Origin: an uncultured Candidatus Rokubacteria bacterium
Lineage (GTDB): Bacteria > Methylomirabilota > Methylomirabilia > Rokubacteriales > DASRDR01
DNA length: 64,000 nt
Direction: 5' to 3'
Assembly (NCBI GenBank): GCA_963805625.1
Contig: CAWDVE010000019.1
Coordinates: 32,001 to 96,000 of the forward strand
Part shown: in pieces, positions 20,558-29,988 of the stretch
How the letters are laid out: every line of letters begins with the position of its first letter
How positions within the stretch are numbered: position 1 is the stretch's first letter
The notes under the pieces: model-generated
Database searches by the model: none
The model's input: only the letters and a program-made list of their open reading frames with translations
What the model was told of the DNA's origin: nothing
Position numbers and translations under genes: made by a program

Positions 20558-21600
20558 GCTTCATCTGGCCCGACATGCTCTGGCTCTTGCTGACGGTGCC
20601 CGCGCTCGTCGTCGGGTACGTTCTGCTGGTGCGTCGGAGGAAGCGGGCGGCGCTCCGCTACGCGAGCCTCCACCTCGTGCGGGAGGCCCTCGGTCCGGGT
20701 CAGGCCTGGCGGCGCCACCTGCCGCCGCTCCTGTTCCTGCTGGCCCTTGTCTCGATGCTCCTCGCGGTGGCGCGGCCGAGCGCCGTCGTCACCCTGCCCT
20801 CCCACCACGACACGGTCATCCTCGCGATGGACGTCTCCGGCAGCATGCGGACCACCGACGTCCTCCCGAACCGGCTGGTCGCCGCCCAGGCCGCGGCGCG
20901 GGCCTTCGTCGCCGAGCAGCCACGCCGCACCCGGATCGGGGTGGTCGCGTTCGCGGGGACGGCGGCGGTCGTGCAGGCGCCGACCAGCAACCGGGAGGAG
21001 ATCCTCGCCGCGATCGATCGCTTCCAGGTCCAGCGGGCGACCGCCATCGGCAGCGCGATCCTGGTCTCGCTGAAGATCATCTTCCCGGACATCGAGTTCG
21101 ACCTCCGTTCGTCGGACCCGCGGCCCGACGCCGGGCAGCGCGGCGCTCCGCTCGCCTCTGGTGGCGAGCCCAGCCGCCCGCCGTTTCAGCCGGTGCCGCC
21201 CGGATCCCACGAATCCTCCGTCATCATCCTCCTGACAGACGGCCGGACCACCACGGGCCCCGATCCCCTCGAGTCGGCCCGCATGGCTGCCGCGCGCGGC
21301 GTGCGCGTCTTCACGGTCGGGGTGGGCACCAAGGAGGGCGGGACGCTCTCGTATGGGGGCTGGTCGATGCGCGTGAGCCTCGACGAGGACGCGCTCAAGG
21401 CGATCGCCGCCACGACGCACGGCGAGTACTACCACGCGGGCACGGCCGCCGACCTGATGAAGGTCTACCAGCGCCTGAACGCCCGGGTCGTGATGGAGCG
21501 GAAGGACACTGAGATCACGGCGGTGTTCTCGGCGGCGGCGCTGGTCTTCGCGGTCGCCTCGGGGCTCCTGTCCGTCCTCTGGTACCACCGGATCCTGTAG
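20554..21600 (+). CDS. VWA domain membrane protein (BatA-like)
   Basis: DVSGSM MIDAS, TAIG, LLTDG, N- and C-terminal TMs. Confidence 0.92.
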   Translation: MSFIWPDMLWLLLTVPALVVGYVLLVRRRKRAALRYASLHLVREALGPGQAWRRHLPPLLFLLALVSMLLAVARPSAVVTLPSHHDTVILAMDVSGSMRTTDVLPNRLVAAQAAARAFVAEQPRRTRIGVVAFAGTAAVVQAPTSNREEILAAIDRFQVQRATAIGSAILVSLKIIFPDIEFDLRSSDPRPDAGQRGAPLASGGEPSRPPFQPVPPGSHESSVIILLTDGRTTTGPDPLESARMAAARGVRVFTVGVGTKEGGTLSYGGWSMRVSLDEDALKAIAATTHGEYYHAGTAADLMKVYQRLNARVVMERKDTEITAVFSAAALVFAVASGLLSVLWYHRIL

Positions 21601-21624
21601 GCGGGCCGGGCTCAAAGTCGTCGG

Positions 21625-21775
21625 GCCGTTTGAAGCCGTACCAGCCCGCGGCGAACCGCACGGCGCGGCGGTAGGCGACTTCCATATAGCCACCGATGAT
21701 GATCGGCATGTGCGGCTTCTGGATTGGCTTGGGGTCCAGGCAGGCGGTCTCGAACTTCACCCACTTGCCTTGAAG
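21625..21775 (-). pseudogene. luciferase-like (LLM/F420) oxidoreductase internal fragment
   Basis: QGKWVKF..PKPIQKPHMPIIIGG..AYRRAVRFAAGWYG. Confidence 0.75.
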
Positions 21776-22136
21776 TCGACCACCGGCTCGGTCCACGTGG
21801 CGTTGAGCGGCCTTGATCGTTGACGGGCCCCGAATGGCAACCACATGGCAATCTCCCGGACTCGACCCGGAAGAGAAACACAGCAGGGCCACTTCCGGCC
21901 AAGTCTTGCCCACCGCAGATGTCCGCGGAGTCGTGTGGAGGAAGACAGGATGCCCTCGATCCTCGTACTGGGCCTCGGTCAGAAGACCGTTCAGCGTCTG
22001 AAGGAGCGGCCCCGCCTTAGGGGGCGCACGCTTTCGGGACTCCTGGTCGGGCTTGCCCGCGGACGAGCTGGATGGCGCCGGCCAGCGTCGCGATCCAGAG
22101 CAGGGGCGCCACCGGCCACCACGCCGTGCTGGAGGC

Positions 22137-23067
22137 TCACCGCGACCGTACCCGTGGCCCGATCTGCGGGACCGGGCGCGCCTGGGCGGCCGCCGCGAAG
22201 ATCTCCATGAACGCGCGGGCGGCGGCGCTCAGCCGGCGTCGCGCGTGGTGGATCAGGTGGAAGTGCCGCACGATCCGGAGGCCGCGGACCCGGAGCGGCC
22301 GCAACCGGCCCGTCGCCCGCTCCCCCTGGATGGCGTAGACGGACACGAACGCCACGCCGAGCCCGGCCAGCACGCCCTGCTTGATCGCCTCGGTGTGCGG
22401 CAGCACCATGCCCGGGCGGTAGGCCACCCCGGCGCCGGCGAGCGCCCGCTCGGTCACCTGGCGGGTCGCCGAGCCAGGCTCCCGCAGCAGAAGCGGTTGG
22501 CCCGCCAGCTCGGCCGGACGGATGTCACGGCGGCGGGCCCACGCATGCGTCGGGCCGACGACGAGCACGAGCTCATCCTCCACGCGGGCCGCCAGGCTCG
22601 CCTCGGCCGGACTCGTCTCGCCGTCGCCGACCACCCCGAGGTCGAGCCCGCCCGCCCGCACCAGCGCCTCGATCTGCGCGGAGTTCCCGAGCTGCAGGGC
22701 CACCTCGATCGCGGGGTAGCGCTGCCGGAAGGCGCCGAGCACCCCGGGCACGACGTAGATCCCCGGGGTCGTGCTCGCCCCGATGGCCAGCGTACCCCGC
22801 TGCAGCCCCTGAAGATCGGCGATGGCGTGCCGGGCGTCCGTGAGCGTGGCGAACAGACGGGTCGCATGGTCCTCGAGGATTCGGCCGGCCTCCGTCAGGT
22901 GGACGACCCGGCCGAGGCGGTCGAAGAGGCGGGCGCCCAGCGCGCCCTCGAGCTCCCGGACGTGCTGGGAGAGGGGCTGGCTGGCTCAGATGGAGCGTCT
23001 CGGCGGCGTGCCGGAAGCTCCGGGCCCGGGCGACGGCCAGGAAGGCTTCGAATTGCCGCAGCGTCAT
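22137..23067 (-). CDS. LysR family regulator (CysL-like) with a one-base frameshift at about 22973-22976 (real or sequencing error)
   Basis: MTLRQFEAF..SFRHAAETLHLSQPA; removing one base of the G4 run gives LSQHVRELE..GTLAIGASTTPGIY..REPGSATR; 931 nt = 3n+1. Confidence 0.88.
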
Positions 23068-23210
23068 GGTTCGGGTTTCCCTTATCGAACCGATCTGAAT
23101 ATCCGATTGGACCTTATCGCACTGCCTCGCCGACAGTGCAAGGGCGGGGCGCTCCCGGGTGGGCGTCCCTTCGAGCCCCGGCGCCGCGGCCATCAGCGAG
23201 GAGGTCCACG

Positions 23211-23942
23211 ATGATCTTCCAGCAGTTCCTGTATCCCCAGACCGGGTGCGCCGCCTACGTCTTCGGGTGAGTGAGCCATGGGTCGTCTACGGTCGTAGAC
23301 CCACACGCCGACGACCTCGAGCGCTACCTGGAGTTCGCCGCCCTCAAGGGCACCAAGATCACGCACGTCCTCGACACGCACATCCAGGCGGACCATCGGT
23401 CGGGAGGCCGTGAACTCGCGGCCCGCACGGGCGCCGCCTACTGTCTCCACGAGGCTGCGGACGTGGCGTTCCCGTTCACGCCGCTCGCCGATGGCCAGGA
23501 GCTCGTCTGCGGGAACGTCGTGATCCGCGTGCTCCACACGCCCGGCCATACGCCCGAGAGCCTCTGTCTCGTCGTCACCGACAAGACGCGCGGGCCGGAG
23601 CCGTGGTTCGTGCTAACGGGCGACACGCTCTTCGTCGGCGCCGTCGGGCGGCCGGACCTCTCCGGCGCGGCCGAGGCGAGCGCCCGGGCGCTCCATCGGA
23701 GCCTCCGGCGGCTCCTCACCCTGCCAGACCACACCGAGATCTACCCGACCCACTTCTCGGGCGCCGCGTGCGGGAAGGGGATGAGCGGCAAGCCCATGTC
23801 CACGCTGGCCTTCGAGAAGCGGTTCAACCCGTTCCTGGGGATGGCGGGCGAGGACGAGTTCGTCGCGGCCCTGACGCGAGACCTTCCCCCGATGCCCGCG
23901 GACATGGCGGCCACGCTCCGCGCCAACCAGGGCCGCGCGTGA
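23211..23942 (+). CDS. MBL-fold metallo-hydrolase (persulfide dioxygenase-like), probable selenoprotein with UGA at codon 20
   Basis: RBS GAGGAGG; MIFQQFLYPQTGCAAYVFG-TGA(23268-23270)-VSHGSSTVVDP..THIQADH..TPGHT..TGDTLF..GRPDL..SGAACGK. Confidence 0.82.
23271..23306 (+). promoter_or_regulatory. putative bacterial SECIS hairpin
   Basis: Stem GTCTAC(23285-90)/GTAGAC(23295-300), loop GGTC starting 21 nt after the UGA; lower pairs TGG/CCA and GTG/CAC. Confidence 0.65.
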
Positions 23943-24024
23943 CCGGCAGGCCGCCCCGGCGCGGCCGGCCGACCGGCGCGCCGGGGCGGGGCTGCGCCGG
24001 GCCAGGCTCCGCGAGGCGCCCCGG

Positions 24025-25284
24025 GTGAGTTCCGCGGCCGGAGCGGGCGCCATCCGGCTGGGGCTGGGGGCGAACCTCGGCCAGTTCTCGCTCCTCGTCT
24101 TGATCAATGCCTTCGTCGGGGCGATGGTCGGCCTGGAGCGCACCGTGGTCCCGCTCATCGGCGAGCGGGAGTTCGGCCTCACGTCGAAGACCGCGATCGT
24201 CTCGTTCATCGTGAGCTTCGGCGTGACCAAGGCGCTGCTGAACCTGGTGGCGGCCCGCCTGGCGGAGCGGTTCGGGCGGAAGCCGATCCTAGTGGCGGGG
24301 TGGCTGCTCGGCCTTCCGGTGCCCTTCATGATCATGTGGGCGCCGTCCTGGGGCTGGATCGACGCCGCCAACGTCCTGCTCGGCGCGAACCAGGCCTTCG
24401 CGTGGTCCATGACGGTGATCATGAAGGTCGACTTGGTCGGACCGCAGCGGCGGGGGCTCGCCCTCGGCCTCAACGAGTTCGCCGGGTACCTGTCCGTGGC
24501 CCTGTCGGCGTGGGCCACCGGGGAGATCGCCAGCCGCTACTCGCTCCGGCCCGAGCCCTTCTACTACGGCGGGATTGTCGCCGTCCTGGGACTCGGATTG
24601 TCGGCGCTGTTCGTTCGGGAGACGCGCGATCACGTCGCGCTCGAGATCGCGCAGAACGCGCCTCGGCACGGCCCGGTCGGGCCTGCGCTCTCCTTCAAGC
24701 GCGCGTTCGCCGTCACGACCTGGCGCGACCGGAACCTCGCCGCCGCGTGCCAGGCGGGGCTCGTCAACAACCTGAACGACGGGATGTCCTGGGGGATCTA
24801 CCCGCTCTTCTTCGGGAGCTACGGCCTCGGCGTCGCGGCGATCGGCGTCATCAAGGCCGTATACCCGGGAGTCTGGGGCGCGCTGCAGGTCATCACGGGA
24901 CCGCTCAGCGACCGGATCGGCCGCAAGGGGCTGATCGCCGGGGGGATGCTCGTCCAGGCCGGAGGCATCTGGCTCACGGTCCTGATGCCAGCCTATCCGT
25001 CGTGGATCGCGGGCGCCGTCCTCCAGGGGCTCGGGACGGCGATGGTCTACCCGACCCTGCTCGCGGTCATCGGGGACGTCGCGCACCCCTCGTGGCGCGC
25101 GACCAGCTACGGCGTCTACCGATTGTGGCGGGACCTCGGCTATGCGGTGGGTGCGCTTCTTGCGGGACTCATCGCCGACTGGCTGGGCATGGCCGCGGCG
25201 ATCCACGTCGTGGCCATGCTCACCCTACTGTCGGGCCTCGTCGTCCTCGTCCGCATGCGGGAGACCCTGGGCGGTCTTCGGTGA
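24025..25284 (+). CDS. MFS transporter
   Basis: About 12 TM; NAFVGAMVGLERTVVP, LAERFGRK, LSDRIGRK. Confidence 0.92.
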   Translation: MSSAAGAGAIRLGLGANLGQFSLLVLINAFVGAMVGLERTVVPLIGEREFGLTSKTAIVSFIVSFGVTKALLNLVAARLAERFGRKPILVAGWLLGLPVPFMIMWAPSWGWIDAANVLLGANQAFAWSMTVIMKVDLVGPQRRGLALGLNEFAGYLSVALSAWATGEIASRYSLRPEPFYYGGIVAVLGLGLSALFVRETRDHVALEIAQNAPRHGPVGPALSFKRAFAVTTWRDRNLAAACQAGLVNNLNDGMSWGIYPLFFGSYGLGVAAIGVIKAVYPGVWGALQVITGPLSDRIGRKGLIAGGMLVQAGGIWLTVLMPAYPSWIAGAVLQGLGTAMVYPTLLAVIGDVAHPSWRATSYGVYRLWRDLGYAVGALLAGLIADWLGMAAAIHVVAMLTLLSGLVVLVRMRETLGGLR

Positions 25285-25374
25285 TGCCGCCCCCTCCGTG
25301 ATGCGGCGGGCCGACGGGTCCATGGACAACGGATCGCGCGTCGATCGCCGACCTGGTCCGGAGCCAGCAGACAC

Positions 25375-25620
25375 ATGACAGATGGCGCCGAGAAGATGAT
25401 CGCCCGCGCCCCACTCCACTACTCGGGGTCGGCCGACGGCTACGCGGAGTACTGGAGTCCGGTCATTCGCCCCCTCGCCCGACGGTTGCTCGATGCGCTG
25501 CCGTGGGATCGAGCAGGCCGGATCCTCGACGTCGGCACGGGGACGGGCGCGCTCATCCCCGACATCCTCGGCCTCGCGCCAACGGCCCGCGTCGTCGGGA
25601 TCGACCCGTTGCGGAACCGG
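25375..25620 (+). pseudogene. class I SAM methyltransferase, N-terminal fragment
   Basis: ILDVGTGTG..VVGID, then truncated. Confidence 0.7.
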
Positions 25621-25637
25621 TGTCAAGGTCCGCGGTG

Positions 25638-26441
25638 ATGCTCATGCTCGCCTCCTATCTCGCCGAGAACACGCGGCCTACGTATGAGCGCCTCGCGACA
25701 TGGCTCACCGCGCGCCTCGGCGAGCCCGCGTCCCTGCTCGGCGGCGTGGCTTGGGAGGAGCGTGTGGCGATGCTGGACGACGGGCGGGTGCACGTCGCAT
25801 TTATCTGCGGCTGGTCGTACATCCAACGCCACGACCGGCCGGCGCGGCCGGTCGACCTCTTGTGCGCGCCAGTCATGGCCCCGCCCCGGTATGAGGACCG
25901 GCCGATCTACTTCACGGACGTGGTCGTCCGCTACGACAGCCCCCTGTGGTCTTTCGCGGATCTCCGGGGTCAGCGCTACGCGTACAACGACCGCAGCTCG
26001 CACTCCGGCTACAACGTCCCCAGAGATTACCTGCTCCGGGTCGGTGAGACCCGCGGCTACTTCGGTCGCGCGGTCGCCTCGGGGTCTCACCAGACCTCGA
26101 TCCGGATGGTCGAAGCGGGCGAGGTCGACGCCTCGGGGATCGACAGCACGATGCTGGACGTCGAGCGCCAGCGGCGTCCCGACGTGAGCACGACGCTGCG
26201 CACCGTGGCCGTCCTCGGGCCATCGCCGATTCGGCCGATCATCGTGACCCGTGCACTCCCCGAGAATCAGAGAGAGCGGCTCCGCGCCGCACTCCTCACG
26301 ATGCACGAGGATGCCGAGGGTCGCGCGATCCTGGGCGACGGACTGATCGCCCGCTTCGTCCGCGTGCAGGACGCCGACTACGACCCGATCCGCGCGATGG
26401 TCGCCCGGGCGGTCGAGGTCGGCTTCATGGAGCTACGGTGA
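25638..26441 (+). CDS. PhnD/SsuA-type substrate-binding protein (no signal peptide)
   Basis: VAFICGWSY, YFTDVVVR, YNDRSSHSGY, SGSHQTS, ASGIDS. Confidence 0.82.
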   Translation: MLMLASYLAENTRPTYERLATWLTARLGEPASLLGGVAWEERVAMLDDGRVHVAFICGWSYIQRHDRPARPVDLLCAPVMAPPRYEDRPIYFTDVVVRYDSPLWSFADLRGQRYAYNDRSSHSGYNVPRDYLLRVGETRGYFGRAVASGSHQTSIRMVEAGEVDASGIDSTMLDVERQRRPDVSTTLRTVAVLGPSPIRPIIVTRALPENQRERLRAALLTMHEDAEGRAILGDGLIARFVRVQDADYDPIRAMVARAVEVGFMELR

Positions 26442-26676
26442 CCCGCGCGGGCCGGACGCCGGCTCATCGGGTCGCGTCCCAGCACCTGAAGGAGATGAAT
26501 CACTCGCTTGAGCCCATGGCACCGCACCTGTCAAGATGTTGGCCGCGTTCATGGGCGAAGAGGAGAGGCTGACGACACTGAACGCGAAGTATATGAACCG
26601 CCATCGGCGGCGTGCCATCGCCTCGTGTCGACGCCCATTGACGCTTCTCGCGCGCCCGGCGTAGAGTCTCGCTACC

Positions 26677-27718
26677 GTGACACTGGGGGGCTCAGCCGTG
26701 ACAAGGCGTGGCCGCGGGCCCGGCAGTCGTCGTCCCTTCTGGTGGTGCGGCGTCGCACTGGTCGCGTTGCTCACCGGCCCGGCGCCGCCCGGTCGAAGCG
26801 CCGTCGCGGCCGAGCGCACTGGATCCGTCAAGATCGGGGCACTGACGCAATCTTGGGGTGCGACACCCGAGATGGTCGGCCTCCGTGACGGGCTGGTGGC
26901 GCTGGGATATCGAGAGGGCGAGCAGTTCGTCATCGGCGTCCGGTTCACGCAAGGGGACATCGCCGCGCTTCCGGCGGCGGCCCACGACCTGGTCCAGTCC
27001 GGGGTGGACCTCATTTTCGCCATCGATGTGACCGCGGCGAGGGCGGCGCAGCTGGCAACCAACCGGATTCCGATCGTCGTCGGCCTCCTTCGTGGGCGAT
27101 CCGGTCGAACTGGGGCTCGTCCAGAGCTACGCTCGGCCCGGCGGCAATATCACCGGTGTCCTCCATGAGGACACCGACTTGAGCGCGAAGCGCCTGGAAA
27201 TCTTCAAGGAGATGCTGTCGGGCCTGAAGCGCGTCCTGTTCCCCTATGATCCAAACGATACGGACGCGGCGGCGGCCGCACGCCTGTACCGCGCCGCCGC
27301 CCGGCAGCTCGGCCTCGTTCTCGTCGAGAAGCCCGTGCGGACCGAGGAGGAGGCGCGGACGACCCTCGCAAAGCTCCGGAAGGGCGAGGTGGATGGGATC
27401 ATCGCCCCGTCGAACCTGTCGCTGAACATTCCCGGCGTCGTCCTGGACGCCACGTCGCAGCGCGCCATCCCGACCATGTTCACCGGAGCGTTCTACGTCG
27501 AGCGCGGCGGGCTGGTCAGCTACGGTCCAGATTTCTACGAATCGGGCCGCCAGGCGGCCCGCCTGATGGACAAGATCGTCAAAGGCGAGAATCCGGGGCG
27601 GATCCCGGTCGAGGCGAACCCGAAGATGGAGCTGGCGATCAACATGAAGGTCGCGAGGGCCCTGAAGCTCACGATCTCGCCAGCGGTCTCGCAGCGCGCC
27701 AACCGGCTCATCGAGTGA
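26677..27718 (+). CDS. ABC transporter substrate-binding protein (ABC_sub_bind type), one-base frameshift at about 27082
   Basis: LGYREGEQF..IPIV / GDPVELGLVQSYARPGGNITG..GGLVSYG..ELAINMK; 1042 nt = 3n+1. Confidence 0.85.
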
Positions 27719-27823
27719 TGGCGACGTGGGGAGGCGGACGTCAAGAAGCGACGAGGCGGCGATGCGCGAGACGCTGGGTGCCGTGCGCTGATGCGACCCA
27801 CCGGGATTGAAGCGTGGTAAGGT

Positions 27824-28837
27824 TTGATCGCGGCGTCCGCTAGAGCGCTGCGCCCTCGCTGGCAGTGCGGGCTGGCCCTCCTTTGGCTGTTCGCGGGCAC
27901 CGCCTTCGACGGCCGGAGCGTGGACGCGGCCGAGCGCACGGGACCTGTCAAGATCGGGGCCCTGACGCATTCCTGGGGTGTGACACCCCAGATGGTTGGC
28001 CTCCGGGACGGCCTCCTCGCGCTGGGCTACCGAGAGGGCGAGCAGTTTGTCATCGGCGTCAGGTTCACGCAAGGGGACGCGAGCCTCCTTCCCGAGGCGG
28101 CCCAGGGCCTGATCCAGGACGGGGCAGACATTCTTTTCCCCACGGACGCGAACTCGGCGAGGGCGGCCCAGAAGGCCACGACCCGGGTCCCCATCGTCTT
28201 TGCCGCAGTCGTGGGCGACCCCGTCGAGTTGGGGCTCGTGCGGAGCTTTGCCCGGCCAGGGGGCAACGTCACCGGGGTGACCGACGGCGACCTCGAGCTG
28301 AACCCAAAGCGCCTGGAGATCTTCAAGGACCTGATTCCGGGCTTGAAGCGCGTGCTGCTTTGCTACGATCCAAGCGATCCGCACGCGGCAGCGGCCGCGC
28401 GTGCGTACCGCGACGGGGCCCGTCAACTCGGCGTGGTGCTCGTGGAGAAGCCGGTACGGACCGAGGCGGAGGCGCGAGCGACCCTCGCCAGGCTCCGGAA
28501 GGCCGAGGTCGACGGGATCCTCACCCCGCCGACGACCTCGCTGAACATCCCTGGCGTCGTGCTGGAAGCCACGGCGGAGCGCAGGCTCCCGGCGATGTTC
28601 AACGCCGCGTTCATGGTCGAGCGCGGCGGCCTCGTGAGCTACGGCCCGGACTGGTACGAAACGGGCCGCCAGGCCGCGCGCCTGGTCGACAAGATCGTGA
28701 AAGGTGAGGATCCCGGACAGATCCCGGTGGAGGTGAACCCGAAGGTCGAGCTCGCGATCAACATGAAGACGGCCAAGGCGTTGAGACTCTTGATTCCACC
28801 CAGTGTCCTGCAGCGTGCCAACCGGCTCATCGAATAA
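27824..28837 (+). CDS. ABC transporter substrate-binding protein, tandem paralog of the preceding gene
   Basis: Same motifs, with long near-identical DNA stretches. Confidence 0.9.
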   Translation: MIAASARALRPRWQCGLALLWLFAGTAFDGRSVDAAERTGPVKIGALTHSWGVTPQMVGLRDGLLALGYREGEQFVIGVRFTQGDASLLPEAAQGLIQDGADILFPTDANSARAAQKATTRVPIVFAAVVGDPVELGLVRSFARPGGNVTGVTDGDLELNPKRLEIFKDLIPGLKRVLLCYDPSDPHAAAAARAYRDGARQLGVVLVEKPVRTEAEARATLARLRKAEVDGILTPPTTSLNIPGVVLEATAERRLPAMFNAAFMVERGGLVSYGPDWYETGRQAARLVDKIVKGEDPGQIPVEVNPKVELAINMKTAKALRLLIPPSVLQRANRLIE

Positions 28838-28861
28838 CGGCCCGGTGGAGAGGAGGATGTG

Positions 28862-29422
28862 ATGAACGCTAGGACGCGAGCGAGAACATCGGTGCTTATC
28901 GGCGCACTGCTGGTCGCTGCACTCGGTGGAGGGGGCGCCGGCGTGGCGACCGCGCTGGAGATCGGCAAGCCGGCGCCCGACTTCACGCTCCCGAGCACGA
29001 CCGGCGAGAAGATCAGCCTGAGTCAGTACCGGGGCAAGCTGGTCCTCCTCGAGTTCTATGGCGCTGCGTTCGTTCCCACCTGAGCGGATAACCTGTCGGC
29101 CAGGAAGGCCGACTACAGCAAGTTCAACGAGCTGGGTGTCCAGATCCTCGGCATCAGCTCCGACAACCCCTTCGCCCAGAAGACCTTCGCCGATTCCCTG
29201 AAGCTGGCGTTCCCGCTCCTCAGCGACTGGCCCGACCTGAAGGTCATCCGGAGCTACGGGATCCTGGGCGCGAGCAACATGATGGCCAGTCGGTCGTTCT
29301 TCCTGGTGGATCAGCAGGGGATCGTCCGGCAACAGTGGCTGCTCGGCGCCGCTGGGGGCACCACCGTCATGCCCAGCGAGCCGATCCTCAAGGCGGTGCA
29401 GGAGCTCAAGGGCAAGCCGTAA
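28862..29422 (+). CDS. secreted peroxiredoxin (AhpC/TSA, AhpE/BCP-like), probable selenoprotein
   Basis: RBS AGGAGG; signal peptide; GKPAPDFTL..LEFYGAAFVPT-TGA(29081-29083)-ADNL..VQILGISSD..FPLLSD..RSFFLVDQQGIVR, ending at TAA 29420-29422. Confidence 0.88.
29092..29118 (+). promoter_or_regulatory. putative bacterial SECIS hairpin
   Basis: GTCGGCC(29095-101)-AGGAA-GGCCGAC(29107-113), loop 19 nt after the UGA. Confidence 0.7.
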
Positions 29423-29424
29423 GG

Positions 29425-29988
29425 GTGGACGTGCGCCCGGGGCCTCGCGGGGTTCTGGCGGGCCTCCTCGCCTCTCTGACCCTGGTGGCGCCGCCGGCGG
29501 TCGGCCAGTCCGCCGGCGCGCTCCAGCGGCTCGGTCTCGCGGGGTATCCTCCTGACACGCGGCCTCCAGGATTCAGTGGCGCGACGGTGGACGGCTTCCC
29601 GCTGTCGCTGGAGAGCTTGCGGAGCCGTGTCGTCCTGCTGAATTTCTGGGCCAGCTGGTGCCTCGAGTGCCGTGCTGAGCTGCCGGTCCTCGAGCAGCTT
29701 CACCGCGATTACACTCCGCGGGGTCTCACGGTCGTCGCGGTGAACTTCCGGGACGAGCCTGGGACTGTTCGGCAGTACGCTCGCGAGCTCGGTCTCACGA
29801 TGCCGCTCGTCCTGGACTCTGCCGGCGCCATCAGGCAATCGTACGGGGTGATCGGGTTTCCGACCAGCTTCCTGGTCGCGCGGGACGGACGGGCCGTGGC
29901 CCGAGCGATCGGCCCGCGGGAGTGGGCCGGCCCCGAGGCCCGTGCGCTCATCCAGTCGCTGCTGATGGAGCCGACCGGACGCCGCTGA
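29425..29988 (+). CDS. TlpA family disulfide reductase
   Basis: Signal/TM segment; LLNFWASWCLECRAELP; GFPTSF; GTG start 2 nt after the Prx stop. Confidence 0.9.
   Translation: MDVRPGPRGVLAGLLASLTLVAPPAVGQSAGALQRLGLAGYPPDTRPPGFSGATVDGFPLSLESLRSRVVLLNFWASWCLECRAELPVLEQLHRDYTPRGLTVVAVNFRDEPGTVRQYARELGLTMPLVLDSAGAIRQSYGVIGFPTSFLVARDGRAVARAIGPREWAGPEARALIQSLLMEPTGRR

Noticed and set aside
23268-23270. Genome-wide UGA reassignment (Trp/Gly)
   Set aside because: Many genes here end normally in TGA and Trp is encoded by TGG, so read-through is site-specific.
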